Source of the DNA: Arenimonas sp.
GTDB lineage: Bacteria > Pseudomonadota > Gammaproteobacteria > Xanthomonadales > Xanthomonadaceae
Length of the DNA: 64,000 bases
Assembly: GCF_044348765.1 (NCBI RefSeq)
Contig: NZ_JBIKSE010000004.1
Span: 2,981-66,980, forward strand
Direction of reading: 5' to 3'
The notes under the pieces are model-generated. The model searched no databases. It worked only from the letters and a program-made list of their open reading frames with translations, and was not told the origin of the DNA. Made by a program: the position numbers and the translations under genes. This document shows positions 50,446 through 64,000 of the stretch, piece by piece (the first letter of the stretch is position 1; each line of letters opens with the position of its first letter).

Positions 50446-51024
50446 CTAACGCACCACCGCATAATCGCGGGCGTCTTCGCGCCATTTCGGGGTGGCCAGA
50501 ATGCGCGGCAGCACATCGGCCGGCGTTTCTTCCAGCGACCACATCGCAATGTGCTCCGGATTCATGAATTTTTCGACAATGACCTGATCCATGAACAGCT
50601 GCAAGGGCGCATAGAAATTGCGGGTATTGAGCAGGACAATCGGGTTGAAATAGATGCCGAGCCGCTTCAGGGTGATGGCTTCGAATAATTCTTCGAGCGT
50701 GCCGCAGCCGCCGGGCAAGGCGATGACCGCATCGGAGTCGGTCAGCAGACGGTGTTTACGCTCACGCATGTCTTCCACCAGCTGTAGTTGGGCCAGTCCC
50801 GGGTGGCCCCACTCGAGATCGGCCATGAATTTCGGCAGAATGCCGATGACTTTACCGCCGTGCTTCAGCGCGCCATCGGCCACGGCGCCCATCAGGCCGG
50901 TGGAGCCGCCGCCATACACCAGGCTGTGCCCGGCCAAGGCGATCTGTTCACCCATAGTGAATGCCGCGATCTGGAATTCGGGATGGACTTGCGCGCTGGA
51001 CGCGGCATAGACGCAGATACGCAT
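50446..51024 (-). CDS. LOG family nucleotide phosphoribohydrolase (TIGR00730-type)
   Basis: LVYGGG..GLMGAVA, M.ERK..L...SDA.IALPGGCGTLEELFE, PIVLLN...FY. Confidence 0.9.
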   Translation of the reverse strand: MRICVYAASSAQVHPEFQIAAFTMGEQIALAGHSLVYGGGSTGLMGAVADGALKHGGKVIGILPKFMADLEWGHPGLAQLQLVEDMRERKHRLLTDSDAVIALPGGCGTLEELFEAITLKRLGIYFNPIVLLNTRNFYAPLQLFMDQVIVEKFMNPEHIAMWSLEETPADVLPRILATPKWREDARDYAVVR

Positions 51025-51038
51025 GGACAGGCACTCGC

Positions 51039-52262
51039 TTAAACGGAAGCCTTATTATGCCTCGGAAGTGCACGCGCGATAAGCGCCGCCAGCGCCAGCA
51101 GACCGGCAGAGACCCACAGACAGGCAGCCAGCCCCTGGGTCTGATAAATCCAGCCGGACAATACCGTACCGAGTAATCGACCCATGGCATTGGCCATATA
51201 GTAGAAACCGACATCCAGCGACACGCCGTCTTCGCGGGCATAACTGAGAATGAGATAACTGTGCAGAGCGGAATTCACTGCGAACAGCACACCGAATACG
51301 GCCAAGCCAATCATCAGCACGCCGGCGGCAGAAACGCCTTGTACCAGCGCCATGGCCATACCGGCCGGCACCAGCACCAAGGGCAGCGCCCAGTGAAGCG
51401 CGGTCCGGCCGTCCGGGGCGTGTGAGGCGTGACGGCGCCCGGTAATTGCCGGCGCTAGCGCCTGCACGATACCGTAGCCAATGACCCACAGCGCCAGAAA
51501 TCCGCCGACCTGCCAATGATCCCAACCCAACTGCGCGCCCAGAAACACCGGTAAAGCGACTACGAACCAGACATCGCGGGCGCCGAATAAAAAAAGACGT
51601 GCGGCCGAGAGGATGTTCACGGCGCGACTTTTCGACAGCAGCTCGGTAAATTTCGGTTTGGCCTTGGCCTTGCCTAGATCGCCGCGCAGCAGGAACAGAC
51701 TCGCAATCCAGACCAGCAGCAGCACTGCCGCCATAACGCCGACGGCGCCCTGGAACCCAAGCACACTGAGCAACAGCCCGCCCAGAAAAAACCCGACGCC
51801 TTTGAGTGCGTTTTTCGATCCGGTCAGCAGGGCAACCCACTGATAAAGCCTGTTCTGGACATGATCGGCTACCAGGAATTTCAGACTGCTCTTCGCGCTC
51901 ATCTTGTTCAGGTCTTTGGCGATACCCGAGAGCGCCTGCGCTGCCATCACCCAGACCACGCTCAGCATCGCGCTGGGCACCAGCAGCATGGCCAAGGCCA
52001 GTACCTGCAGCAGCAGGCCGGCATTCATGGTGCGGTTCAAGCCCCAGCGCGCGCCCAGCCAGCCCCCGAGCAGATTGGTGATGATGCCGAAGATTTCATA
52101 AAATAGGAACAGCAGGGCAATCTGCAACGGACTGTAGCCGAGCGCGTGGAAATGCAGCACCACCAGCATGCGCAGGGCGCCGTCGGTCAGCGTGAATGCC
52201 CAGTAATTGCCAGTGACCGTCAGGTACTGCTTTAGCTCCGTAGTAAGCGGCCTGCTAGCCAT
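51039..52262 (-). CDS. arsJ: Organoarsenical efflux MFS transporter ArsJ
   Basis: [70 protein letters not shown]; coupled to an upstream GAPDH. Confidence 0.93.
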   Translation of the reverse strand: MASRPLTTELKQYLTVTGNYWAFTLTDGALRMLVVLHFHALGYSPLQIALLFLFYEIFGIITNLLGGWLGARWGLNRTMNAGLLLQVLALAMLLVPSAMLSVVWVMAAQALSGIAKDLNKMSAKSSLKFLVADHVQNRLYQWVALLTGSKNALKGVGFFLGGLLLSVLGFQGAVGVMAAVLLLVWIASLFLLRGDLGKAKAKPKFTELLSKSRAVNILSAARLFLFGARDVWFVVALPVFLGAQLGWDHWQVGGFLALWVIGYGIVQALAPAITGRRHASHAPDGRTALHWALPLVLVPAGMAMALVQGVSAAGVLMIGLAVFGVLFAVNSALHSYLILSYAREDGVSLDVGFYYMANAMGRLLGTVLSGWIYQTQGLAACLWVSAGLLALAALIARALPRHNKASV

Positions 52263-53277
52263 TGGTTTTGGCTTGATCGATTTGGCCGACTTTTATTGCC
52301 AGCTCGAAGGTACGGTTGGCATAGCCCCATTCGTTGTCGTACCAGGCATACAGCTTCACCTGCGTGCCATTCACCACCATGGTCGACAGCGCATCGATGA
52401 TGCTCGAACGCGGATCGGTTTTGTAATCGCTGGACACCAGCGGGCGCTGCTCATAACCGAGAATGCCTTTCAGAGGGCCTTCCGCGGCGGCTTTCAGCAG
52501 CGCATTGACTTCATCGGCGGTGGTGGGCCGCGCCACTTCGAATACGCAGTCGGTCAGTGAGGCGTTGGCCAAGGGCACGCGCACGGCATGGCCATTGAGT
52601 TTGCCTTTCAGCTCGGGAAAGATGTGGGTGATGGCGGTGGCCGAACCAGTGGTGGTCGGAATGAGATTCAGGCCGCTGGCGCGCGCGCGGCGCAGATCCT
52701 TGTGCGGCGTATCGAGAATGGATTGGGTGTTGGTCAGATCATGGATGGTAGTAATCGAGCCATGCTTGATGCCGAGCGCTTCATGGATGACCTTCACCAC
52801 CGGCGCCAGACAGTTGGTGGTGCAGGACGCGGCGGTGACGATGCGATGCCGGGCTGGATCGTAGGTGGCATCGTTGACGCCCATCACTACATTCAGCACG
52901 CCCTCCTCTTTCACCGGTGCGGTGACCACCACGCGCTTCACACCCTGATCCAGATAGGCCTGCAGCACGGCTTTGGTTTTCATCTTGCCGGAAGCCTCGA
53001 TCACTACATCGCAGTCCGACCAATCGGTGTCGGCGATGGCTTTGTGATGGCTGACCGCGATGCGCTGGCCGTCCAGCATGATTGCACCGTCGCTTGCCTG
53101 CGCTTCGCGGTGCCAGCGGCCGTGCACCGAGTCGAAGTTCAGCAGATGCGCCAAAGTTTCGGCATCTCCAGCCGGATCGTTGACACGGACCACCCGGACA
53201 TTGGGATTGTCGGCGGCGATGCGCATCACCAGGCGTCCGATGCGACCGAAGCCGTTAATGCCGATACGTAGTGCCAT
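52255..53277 (-). CDS. ArsJ-associated glyceraldehyde-3-phosphate dehydrogenase
   Basis: [21 protein letters not shown] catalytic Cys, HKDLRRARA...[17 protein letters not shown]; 8-nt overlap with the arsJ start. Confidence 0.93.
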   Translation of the reverse strand: MALRIGINGFGRIGRLVMRIAADNPNVRVVRVNDPAGDAETLAHLLNFDSVHGRWHREAQASDGAIMLDGQRIAVSHHKAIADTDWSDCDVVIEASGKMKTKAVLQAYLDQGVKRVVVTAPVKEEGVLNVVMGVNDATYDPARHRIVTAASCTTNCLAPVVKVIHEALGIKHGSITTIHDLTNTQSILDTPHKDLRRARASGLNLIPTTTGSATAITHIFPELKGKLNGHAVRVPLANASLTDCVFEVARPTTADEVNALLKAAAEGPLKGILGYEQRPLVSSDYKTDPRSSIIDALSTMVVNGTQVKLYAWYDNEWGYANRTFELAIKVGQIDQAKTNG

Positions 53278-53301
53278 ATGCGGAACCTACAAATAAAAGG
53301 A

Positions 53302-53335
53302 ATTATATGACGGAAATATGACAGGTCTATGACGG
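53302..53335 (-). promoter_or_regulatory. Putative Pho box array plus -10 element driving gapdh-arsJ
   Basis: Minus strand CCGTCAT-AGAC-CTGTCAT-ATTT-CCGTCAT (11-bp period); TATAAT (53307-53302) starts exactly 10 nt after the second half-site. Confidence 0.78.
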
Positions 53336-53338
53336 GGC

Positions 53339-54199
53339 TCAATACGAAATTCGCACCGAAACTGGTAGATGATCCGAGGGATAACTTCCCGCGTTGGCGT
53401 CGTCCAGCACTGCATGCTCAAGCACCTCAACCGGCCCCCGAGAGACAGTGAACAAATAATCAATGCGGCGGGTTACGGCGCCCTCCACGGTAAAGCCGCT
53501 GAAGGTTCCCGATGGCCCGCTCGGCGGGCTATGGCTACTGTCGCGTGAATCGGAAAGGTGTTGCTTCAGCAAAACCATCGGCGGGGACTCCGGCTCGGCA
53601 TTGAAATCGCCCATCAGCACCAGCGGCCCACCATCGGGATTGATTTTTTCGATCTGCGACAGCAGCAGCCGGACGCTCTCGAGGCGCGCCGTTTGCCCAG
53701 CATGATCGAAATGGCAGTTGATGACCCACAGCCGCTGCCGGCTCGATGTTTCTTCGAACTGCCCGTAGCTGCAGATCCGATTCAGCGCGGCATCCCAACC
53801 GCGCGAGGGCTGATCCGGCGTTTCGGACAGCCAGAAAGTAGCGCTCTGCAGCATGGTGAAACGGTCCTTGCGGTAGAACACCGGCACGCCTTCGCCGTCG
53901 CCGCTGGCATCACGGCCCACGCCGAACCATGCGTAGTCCGGCAACGCGGCGGCGAGCTCACTGATCTGATGCGGCAGCGCTTCCTGTATGCCGAAGATAT
54001 CCGGCGCGTGTTGACGCAGCAATTCGGCAACCGCCGCTTTGCGCTGCGGCCAGGCATTCACGCCGTCGGCCGGCGTGTCGTAGCGGATGTTGTAGCTCAT
54101 CAGCCGGGCTTCTGTGGCCAAGGCGACGCCGGGCAGAAGCAATACTGCCCACAGCAGCAGGGCGAAGCCGGAAATTCCGGAGAGCGCTTGCTTATTCAA
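53339..54199 (-). CDS. Exported endonuclease/exonuclease/phosphatase (EEP) family protein
   Basis: [53 protein letters not shown]. The TTG start at 54199 overlapping the glmS stop is inferred. Confidence 0.88.
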   Translation of the reverse strand: MNKQALSGISGFALLLWAVLLLPGVALATEARLMSYNIRYDTPADGVNAWPQRKAAVAELLRQHAPDIFGIQEALPHQISELAAALPDYAWFGVGRDASGDGEGVPVFYRKDRFTMLQSATFWLSETPDQPSRGWDAALNRICSYGQFEETSSRQRLWVINCHFDHAGQTARLESVRLLLSQIEKINPDGGPLVLMGDFNAEPESPPMVLLKQHLSDSRDSSHSPPSGPSGTFSGFTVEGAVTRRIDYLFTVSRGPVEVLEHAVLDDANAGSYPSDHLPVSVRISY

Positions 54200-56018
54200 C
54201 CGTGACGGATTTCGCCAGATTGCGCGGCTTGTCGACATCCGTGCCTCGCGCGATGGCGGCGTGGTAAGCCAGCAGCTGCACCGGAATCGAGTGCACCACG
54301 GGGCTAAGCAATCCGACATGGCGCGGGGTACGGATCACATGCACGCCATCGGAATCGCTGAAGTGGCTGTCGGCATCGGCGAACACGAACATCTCGCCGC
54401 CGCGGGCGCGCACTTCCTGGATGTTGGATTTCACTTTTTCCAGCAGGCTGTCGTTCGGGGCGATCACCACCACCGGCATGTCGGCATCGACCAGCGCCAG
54501 CGGACCGTGCTTGAGCTCGCCGGCCGGATAGGCTTCGGCGTGGATGTAGGAGATTTCCTTGAGCTTGAGCGCGCCTTCCAGCGCGATCGGATAATGCAGG
54601 CCACGGCCAAGGAACAGGGCATGCTGCTTGGGCGCGAACAGACCAGACCAGGCGATGATCTGCGGTTCGAGGTTGAGCGCGGCCTGCACGCTACCCGGCA
54701 GCAGGCGCAGATCATCGAGCAGTGCCTTCTCACGCGTGGCATCCAGGCGACCCTGCAGTTTAGCTAGCGTGCCGACCAGTGCGAACAGGGCGATTAATTG
54801 CGTGGTGAAGGCTTTGGTCGAAGCCACGCCGATTTCGGCGCCGGCACGGGTGTAGAACACCATGCGGCTGGCACGTGGAATCGCGCTTTCCTGCACATTG
54901 CAGATGGATAGCGTTTTGTCCTGTCCAAGACTCTTGGCGTATTTCAGGGCTTCCATGGTGTCGAGCGTTTCGCCCGACTGCGAGATGGTCACGATCAACT
55001 GTTTCGGATCGGCGTAAGCGTCGCGGTAACGGTATTCACTGGCGATTTCCACGCTGCAGGGAATGCCGGCCACCGCTTCCATCCAGTAGCGTGCGATCAA
55101 GCCGGCGTAGTAGCTGGTACCGCAGGCGAGAATCTGTACCGAGTGGACATCGGCCAACAATGTTGCGGCATCTTCGCCGAATAGCGACGGCGAAAAGCCT
55201 TCGCCCATGATCGGTTCGATGGTATCAGCCAGCGCGCGCGGCTGCTCATGGATTTCCTTCTGCATGAAATGGCTGTACGGCCCCAGCTCCATCGAAGCCA
55301 GCGACACATCCGAGCGGTGCACGGGCCGGGTAATCGTGTTGCCGTCAGCGTCATAAACCTGCACGCCGGCCAGGGTCACGTCGGCCACATCGCCCTCTTC
55401 CAGAAAGATGACATCACGGGTGGCCGACAGCACCGCCGAGACATCGGAGGCGATGAAGTTTTCACCCTCGCCCAGACCGACCAGCAAAGGGCAGCCCATG
55501 CGCGCGGCGATCAGGCGCTTGGGTTCGTTGCGGTGGATGACCGCGATGGCATAGGCGCCTTCCAGATCCTTGACCGCACGCCGGGTGGCGGTCAGCAGAT
55601 TGCCACTTTCGGCGTAGTAATGATGCACCAGATGACCGATGACTTCAGTATCGGTCTGCGATTCGAACACATAGCCGAGCGCGCGCAGGCGTTCGCGCTG
55701 CTGCTCATGGTTCTCGATGATGCCATTATGCACCAGCGCCAGTTCGCCGGAGCTGATATGCGGATGCGCATTGAGTTCGGTGACGCCTCCGTGCGTGGCC
55801 CAGCGCGTGTGTCCGATGCCGACCTGGCCGGTCAGCGCTTCGGCCTGCGCCGCCGCTTCCATTTCGGCCACACGGCCGGTGCGGCGCACGCGCTTGATGC
55901 TGTCGGACATGACCGCGATGCCGGCAGAATCATAGCCGCGGTACTCGAGGCGCTTGAGTCCATCGACCAGGAAATGCACCACATCCCGTTCCGCTACCGC
56001 TCCGACAATGCCGCACAT
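54192..56018 (-). CDS. glmS: Glutamine-fructose-6-phosphate aminotransferase
   Basis: [59 protein letters not shown]. Confidence 0.99.
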   Translation of the reverse strand: MCGIVGAVAERDVVHFLVDGLKRLEYRGYDSAGIAVMSDSIKRVRRTGRVAEMEAAAQAEALTGQVGIGHTRWATHGGVTELNAHPHISSGELALVHNGIIENHEQQRERLRALGYVFESQTDTEVIGHLVHHYYAESGNLLTATRRAVKDLEGAYAIAVIHRNEPKRLIAARMGCPLLVGLGEGENFIASDVSAVLSATRDVIFLEEGDVADVTLAGVQVYDADGNTITRPVHRSDVSLASMELGPYSHFMQKEIHEQPRALADTIEPIMGEGFSPSLFGEDAATLLADVHSVQILACGTSYYAGLIARYWMEAVAGIPCSVEIASEYRYRDAYADPKQLIVTISQSGETLDTMEALKYAKSLGQDKTLSICNVQESAIPRASRMVFYTRAGAEIGVASTKAFTTQLIALFALVGTLAKLQGRLDATREKALLDDLRLLPGSVQAALNLEPQIIAWSGLFAPKQHALFLGRGLHYPIALEGALKLKEISYIHAEAYPAGELKHGPLALVDADMPVVVIAPNDSLLEKVKSNIQEVRARGGEMFVFADADSHFSDSDGVHVIRTPRHVGLLSPVVHSIPVQLLAYHAAIARGTDVDKPRNLAKSVTVE

Positions 56019-56027
56019 AAGGCTTCC

Positions 56028-57407
56028 TTAGGGTGATTTGGGTTTCTTGGCCGGTCGCTGCCAGCCATTCAAACTGAGTTGTTTCGCGCGCGCCACGGTC
56101 AGGGTATCGGCCGGCGCGTCCTTGGTGATCACCGAACCGGCGCCGATGGTGGCGCCCGCACCGATGGTGACCGGTGCCACCAGCGAGGAATTGGAGCCGA
56201 TGAAGGCGCCGTCGCCAATTTCAGTCAGCGATTTATTCACGCCATCGTAATTGCAGGTGATGGTGCCGGCACCGACATTGACCTTGGCGCCGATCTCGGC
56301 ATCGCCGAGATACGTGAGATGGTTAGCCTTCGAGCCCTTGCCGATCCGGGTTTTTTTGCTTTCGACAAAATTGCCCAGATGCACGCCTTCGGCCAGTTCG
56401 GTGCCCGGGCGCAGACGCGTGAACGGACCGAGCACGCAGTCGGGACCGGCTTGCACGCCGTCGAAATCGCAATGCGCGTGCACCACGCTGCCGGCGCCGA
56501 GCTCGACATCCTTCAATCGGCAGAACGGCCCGATGCGCACGCCGTCATGCAGCACCACGCGGCCTTCGAACACAACATCGACATCGACTTCGACATCCAT
56601 GCCGGCGCAGACCGAACCGCGGATATCGACACGGGACGGGTCAGCGAAACGCACGCCTTCGCGCATCAGGGCTTCAGCCTGCCGACGCTGGTAGCGACGT
56701 TCCAGTACCGCCAGTTGCAGCGCATCATTGGCGCCGTCAGCTTCACCGGCACTGAGGCAGCCCACGGCTTGTGCCGGCCTGCCTTCGCCCGCGGCCATCG
56801 CGAAAATATCGGTCAGGTAGTATTCGCCCTGGGCGTTGGTATTGCCCAGCCCGGCCAGCCAGCGTCGCAGCATGGCGGCATCGGCACAGACCACGCCGGT
56901 ATTGATCTGCCGCACCGCTTTCTGCGCAGCATCGGCATCCTTCTGTTCGACAATCGCCTGCACCCGGCCATCCTTGTCGGTCAACACCCGGCCGTAGCCG
57001 GTGGGATCGTCCAGGGTTTCGGTCAATACCGCGGTGCCGCCGTCAGCGGCGGCCAGCAGCTGGCGCAGGGTGGTTTCGGTAATCAGTGGCACATCGGCGT
57101 ACAGCACTAGCACCTGGGCGCCATCCGGAACGCCGGGCATGGCCTGCAACACGGCATGGCCAGTACCCAGCTGCTGCATCTGTTCGGCCCAATGCAGATC
57201 GGCATCCGCGGCGAACGCGGCCCGGACCTGATCGCCGCTATGGCCGTAAACCACATGGATGCCTTCAGCGGCAAGCCCGCGGGCGGTGGTAATTGCATGA
57301 CCGAGCATGGCACGTCCGGCAATCTGCTGCAGCACCTTCGGGCGCCGCGACTTCATGCGCTTGCCTTCGCCGGCGGCCAGAATGATGACATGTAAGGGCT
57401 TTTGCAT
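56028..57407 (-). CDS. glmU: Bifunctional UDP-GlcNAc pyrophosphorylase/GlcN-1-P acetyltransferase
   Basis: [30 protein letters not shown], hexapeptide repeats, [19 protein letters not shown]. Confidence 0.98.
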   Translation of the reverse strand: MQKPLHVIILAAGEGKRMKSRRPKVLQQIAGRAMLGHAITTARGLAAEGIHVVYGHSGDQVRAAFAADADLHWAEQMQQLGTGHAVLQAMPGVPDGAQVLVLYADVPLITETTLRQLLAAADGGTAVLTETLDDPTGYGRVLTDKDGRVQAIVEQKDADAAQKAVRQINTGVVCADAAMLRRWLAGLGNTNAQGEYYLTDIFAMAAGEGRPAQAVGCLSAGEADGANDALQLAVLERRYQRRQAEALMREGVRFADPSRVDIRGSVCAGMDVEVDVDVVFEGRVVLHDGVRIGPFCRLKDVELGAGSVVHAHCDFDGVQAGPDCVLGPFTRLRPGTELAEGVHLGNFVESKKTRIGKGSKANHLTYLGDAEIGAKVNVGAGTITCNYDGVNKSLTEIGDGAFIGSNSSLVAPVTIGAGATIGAGSVITKDAPADTLTVARAKQLSLNGWQRPAKKPKSP

Positions 57408-57472
57408 AATGCCTCCCGCAGGCGTTTATTATGCCCGACCCGGTGCGTTCTGAATACTGGAATTAGGCCTAG

Positions 57473-57495
57473 AAAAAACCGGCTGAGGCCGGTTT
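57473..57495 (-). terminator. Intrinsic terminator after atpC
   Basis: Minus strand AAACCGGC-CTCA-GCCGGTTT then TTT. Confidence 0.75.
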
Positions 57496-57503
57496 GATTC
57501 CAA

Positions 57504-57926
57504 TCAGTGCTTGAGATTCTTGCGCAGGCGTTCGAGGGCCTGCAGTTGCGCCATGGCCTCGGCCAGTTTGGTCTGGGCTTCGGCGATTTCCATGGCTTCG
57601 GAACGGTTGGCGAGCACGCGCTCGGCTTCTTCCTTGGCCAGCTTGGCTTTGGCTTCATCCAGATCGGCGGCACGTACCGCGGTATCGGCAAGAACCGAGA
57701 CCAGTTGCGGTTGCACTTCCAGAATGCCGCCGGAAACGTAAAACTCCTGCTGCGTGCCGCCTTCCAGCATGACGCGCACGTAACCGGGCTTGATCCGGGT
57801 GATCAGCGGCGCGTGCTGCGGCGCGATGCCGAGCTCGCCCATTTCACCGGTCACCACCACCATCTGCACGGAACCGCTGAAAAGCTCCTGCTCGGCACTG
57901 ACGATGTCGCATCGAATGGTAGTCAT
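57504..57926 (-). CDS. atpC: ATP synthase F1 epsilon subunit
   Basis: DIVSAE..LFSG, GELGI.P.HAPL, VSGG.LEVQP, LADTA.RA.DLDE. Confidence 0.97.
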   Translation of the reverse strand: MTTIRCDIVSAEQELFSGSVQMVVVTGEMGELGIAPQHAPLITRIKPGYVRVMLEGGTQQEFYVSGGILEVQPQLVSVLADTAVRAADLDEAKAKLAKEEAERVLANRSEAMEIAEAQTKLAEAMAQLQALERLRKNLKH

Positions 57927-57942
57927 GTCTTGCTCCGGTGGA

Positions 57943-59370
<1,428 letters not shown>

Positions 59371-59407
59371 TCAAATCTGTAATTCGTGAATGGGTGCGCC
59401 AGGCGCG

Positions 59408-60271
59408 TTATACAGCGGCGGCGCCGCCGACGATTTCGGAAATTTCCTGGGTAATCGCCGCTTGACGCGCCTTGTTGTAAATCAATTGCAGGGTTTCGAT
59501 CAGCTTGTTGGCATTGTCGGAAGCCGACTTCATGGCGACCATGCGCGCGGCATGTTCCGAAGCCAGATTTTCCAGCACCGCCTGGTACACCAGCGACTCG
59601 ACGTAACGCGTGACCACGTGGTTGAGCACGGTCTTGGCGTCCGGCTCGTACAGGTAATCCCAGCTGTGTTTGGAATCGAGCGCTTCATCAGCCGGCAGCG
59701 GCAGCAGCTGGTCCTGTACCGGACGCTGTGCCATGGTGTTGATGAAGTCGTTGTAGCACAGGAACACGCGGTCGATGTTGCCGGCTTCGAAACCGTCGAG
59801 CATGACCTTGATCACGCCGATCAGTTGTTCGACATGCGGCTGTTCGCCCAGATGGGTGACCGAGGCCAGCATGTTGACTTTCAGACGGCGGAAGAAGGTG
59901 GCGGCTTTCTGGCCTACGCACACCAGATCGATTTCGACACCCTTGTCCTGCCACACGCGCATGTCGGCCAGGATGCGGCGGAACATCTGCGAGTTCAGGC
60001 CGCCGCAAAGGCCGCGGTCGGTCGATACGATGATGTAGCCGACGCGTTTGACGTCTTTGCGCTCGACCATGAACGGGTGCACATAGTCGGTATTCGCTTT
60101 GGCCACGTGACCGACGATCTGACGCATCATGCGCGCGTACGGGCGCGATGCCTTCATGCGGTCCTGGGCCTTGCGGATTTTAGAGGCTGAGACCATTTCG
60201 AGCGCACGCGTCACCTTGCGGGTGTTTTGCACGCTCTTGATTTTGGTCTTGATTTCGCGTCCGCCTGCCAT
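59408..60271 (-). CDS. atpG: ATP synthase F1 gamma subunit
   Basis: [57 protein letters not shown]. Confidence 0.98.
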   Translation of the reverse strand: MAGGREIKTKIKSVQNTRKVTRALEMVSASKIRKAQDRMKASRPYARMMRQIVGHVAKANTDYVHPFMVERKDVKRVGYIIVSTDRGLCGGLNSQMFRRILADMRVWQDKGVEIDLVCVGQKAATFFRRLKVNMLASVTHLGEQPHVEQLIGVIKVMLDGFEAGNIDRVFLCYNDFINTMAQRPVQDQLLPLPADEALDSKHSWDYLYEPDAKTVLNHVVTRYVESLVYQAVLENLASEHAARMVAMKSASDNANKLIETLQLIYNKARQAAITQEISEIVGGAAAV

Positions 60272-60325
60272 GTCTTTCTCGCTATCGCTTGTGGGGTTGC
60301 GGGCACCCAAGGGCGCCCGGTCGCA

Positions 60326-61870
<1,545 letters not shown>

Positions 61871-61913
61871 TGGAATTCCTAGGTTTCTGGCCGTAGCCAG
61901 CGGTTAATTGAAA

Positions 61914-62441
61914 TTAATTGGCAAGATTTGCGTTGAGACGAGCCAGCTTGTTGCGCACCGAACCGTCGATCACCACATCGCCGGCATCGATCACCGCACC
62001 GCCAATCAGCGAAGCATCGACCGCAGTCTGCACCTCGACATCACCACCGAATCGCTTTTTGAGCGCATCCGTCAGCGACTTCAGGCTCTCGGCGGACAAG
62101 GGCTCAGCGGACGTGATGTTGGCTCTGACCACATGTTCGCTTTCGGCGCGCAGGGCTTCGAACAAGGCGTAGATTTCCGGCAGCAACGGCAGCCGTCCAT
62201 TCTCGGAAAGCACTGAGAAGAATCCGCGAACGGACTCTGGCGCTTCCGGATGACTAATCAGGTCCAGTAGCTGTGCTACGGAAACCCGGGGATCGTCGAG
62301 CATATCGGCGAGATGGGGAACCGAGACGGCCTGCGCGGAAAACGCAAGCGCTTCCGAGACATCCTTCAGAGAACCTACTTCTTTCGCTAGCATGAAAATG
62401 GCGCGGGCGTAAGGGCGGGCGAGCGTGGTGGCTTGACTCAT
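61914..62441 (-). CDS. atpH: ATP synthase F1 delta subunit
   Basis: TLARPYARA.F, NGRL.LLPEI, D.SLIGG.VI.AGD.VIDGSV. Confidence 0.95.
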   Translation of the reverse strand: MSQATTLARPYARAIFMLAKEVGSLKDVSEALAFSAQAVSVPHLADMLDDPRVSVAQLLDLISHPEAPESVRGFFSVLSENGRLPLLPEIYALFEALRAESEHVVRANITSAEPLSAESLKSLTDALKKRFGGDVEVQTAVDASLIGGAVIDAGDVVIDGSVRNKLARLNANLAN

Positions 62442-62452
62442 GATTGGTTGGC

Positions 62453-62923
62453 TCAAATTTCCGAAGCCAGCTCATCAAGCAGCGCTTTATGGGCGTTGCC
62501 GTCGATTTCGCGGCGGATCAGTTTTTCGGCACCGGCCAGAGCCAGCACGGACACCTGCTTGCGCAGTTCCTCGCGGGCCTTGTTGGCGGATTGTTCAATT
62601 TCGGCATCGGCGCTGGCTTTCACGCGCTGGGCCTCGGCAACGGCTTCGTCCTTAGCGGCGTCGATAATTTGCAGACGACGGGCCTCAGCCTGAGCAATGA
62701 TTTCATTCGCCTTGGCACGTGCTTCACGAAGGACCTCGTTGACCTTCTCTTCGGCCGAAGCCAGGTCTTTCTTGCTGCGATCGGCGGCGGCCAGGCCTTC
62801 AGCAATCTTGGCCTGGCGCTCTTCGATGGCAGCCAGGAGCGGCGGCCAGATCTTGGTCGCGACGATCCAGATCAAACCGGCGAAAGCCAGCGCCTGGGAT
62901 ATAAGGGTAAGACCGATATTCAT
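62453..62923 (-). CDS. atpF: ATP synthase F0 b subunit
   Basis: [39 protein letters not shown]. Confidence 0.97.
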   Translation of the reverse strand: MNIGLTLISQALAFAGLIWIVATKIWPPLLAAIEERQAKIAEGLAAADRSKKDLASAEEKVNEVLREARAKANEIIAQAEARRLQIIDAAKDEAVAEAQRVKASADAEIEQSANKAREELRKQVSVLALAGAEKLIRREIDGNAHKALLDELASEI

Positions 62924-63011
62924 TTCAATACGCTCTGAAAAGTTCGGGTTTAGGCACGTGGCGCCCGTATTGTCCGGATGCGGACCGGCTGACCGGTCCG
63001 CGGATCAGGCA

Positions 63012-63347
<336 letters not shown>

Positions 63348-64000
63348 TCAGTGGCTGTCTTCCGACAGACTGAGGTATACGATTGACAGCATCATGAAAA
63401 TGAAGGCTTGCAGCGGAATCACGAGCAGATGGAACAGCATCCAGCCCAGACCGAAGACCCCGCCGGCCAACATACCGAACACGCTGGCACCGCCGAGCAC
63501 CCAAATGAGCAGGAACACAATCTCGCCGCCGAACATGTTGCCGAACAACCGCATAGCAAGCGAAATCGGCTTGCTGACCCACTCAACGATGTTGAGAATC
63601 AGATTGAACGGCAGCATCCATTTGCCAAATGGCGCGGTCAGAAATTCATGGGTGAACCCACCCAGGCCCTTACTGCGCAACGCGAAAAAGATCATTAGGA
63701 AGAACACGCTGATTGACAAGCCAAGAGTGGCATTGACATCGGCGGTCGGTACCGGCTTCCAGTAATGTACGCCGACCAGCTCCAAGGGCTTGGCGATGAA
63801 ATCGGCTGGAATCATCTTCAGCATGTTCATCATCAGAATCCAGAAGAACAGAGTGATCGCGACGGGTGTCACGAGCTTGCTGGGGCCGTGATAGGTGTCA
63901 CGTGCCTGCTTGTCAACGAACTCAAGACAAATCTCCACGAAGGCCTGCCATTTGCCTGGAACGCCGGAAGTCGCCTTGCGTGTGGCGAGCCAGAATGCGA
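63348..64000 (-). CDS. atpB: ATP synthase F0 a subunit, 5' end beyond the window
   Basis: VPTADVN.TL, KPISLAMRLFGNMFGGE, LQAFIFMML..VY. Confidence 0.96.
   Translation of the reverse strand, partial: AFWLATRKATSGVPGKWQAFVEICLEFVDKQARDTYHGPSKLVTPVAITLFFWILMMNMLKMIPADFIAKPLELVGVHYWKPVPTADVNATLGLSISVFFLMIFFALRSKGLGGFTHEFLTAPFGKWMLPFNLILNIVEWVSKPISLAMRLFGNMFGGEIVFLLIWVLGGASVFGMLAGGVFGLGWMLFHLLVIPLQAFIFMMLSIVYLSLSEDSH

Noticed and set aside
56019-56027. glmS ribozyme
   Set aside because: Only 9 bp separate glmU and glmS; no room.

Overview
A GC-rich gammaproteobacterial chromosome segment. Gene order and protein style resemble Xanthomonadales/Lysobacterales (my inference). It is almost all core housekeeping DNA: glgX end and malQ, thiC with a TPP riboswitch, two RND efflux systems (one with a divergent TetR regulator and pcm-tolC), waaA/lpxL, glnE, groESL (sigma32 promoter plus CIRCE), dsbD-tlpA, aroQ-accBC-prmA-fis-purHD, nudC-erpA-bactofilin-rppH, tRNA-Met, mobA-moeA, queD, bioD, glmUS and most of the atp operon. 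I saw no integrase, transposase, prophage, CRISPR array or defence island. The strongest second-look signal is a gapdh-arsJ pair (arsenate detoxification) with no ars regulator in the window. It sits behind three 11-bp-periodic Pho-box-like half-sites, with a TATAAT exactly 10 nt after the second. This suggests control by phosphate starvation (PhoB) rather than by arsenic, possibly with a LOG-family gene as third cistron. Other candidates: a signal-peptide-less SleB-type hydrolase with a structured ~140-nt leader, a lower-GC secreted GH43 gene, a 16-aa Arg-rich micro-ORF, a motif-degenerate MgtE coupled to glnE, and tandem TetR operators. All calls come from reading the sequence and translations by eye; no searches were run.
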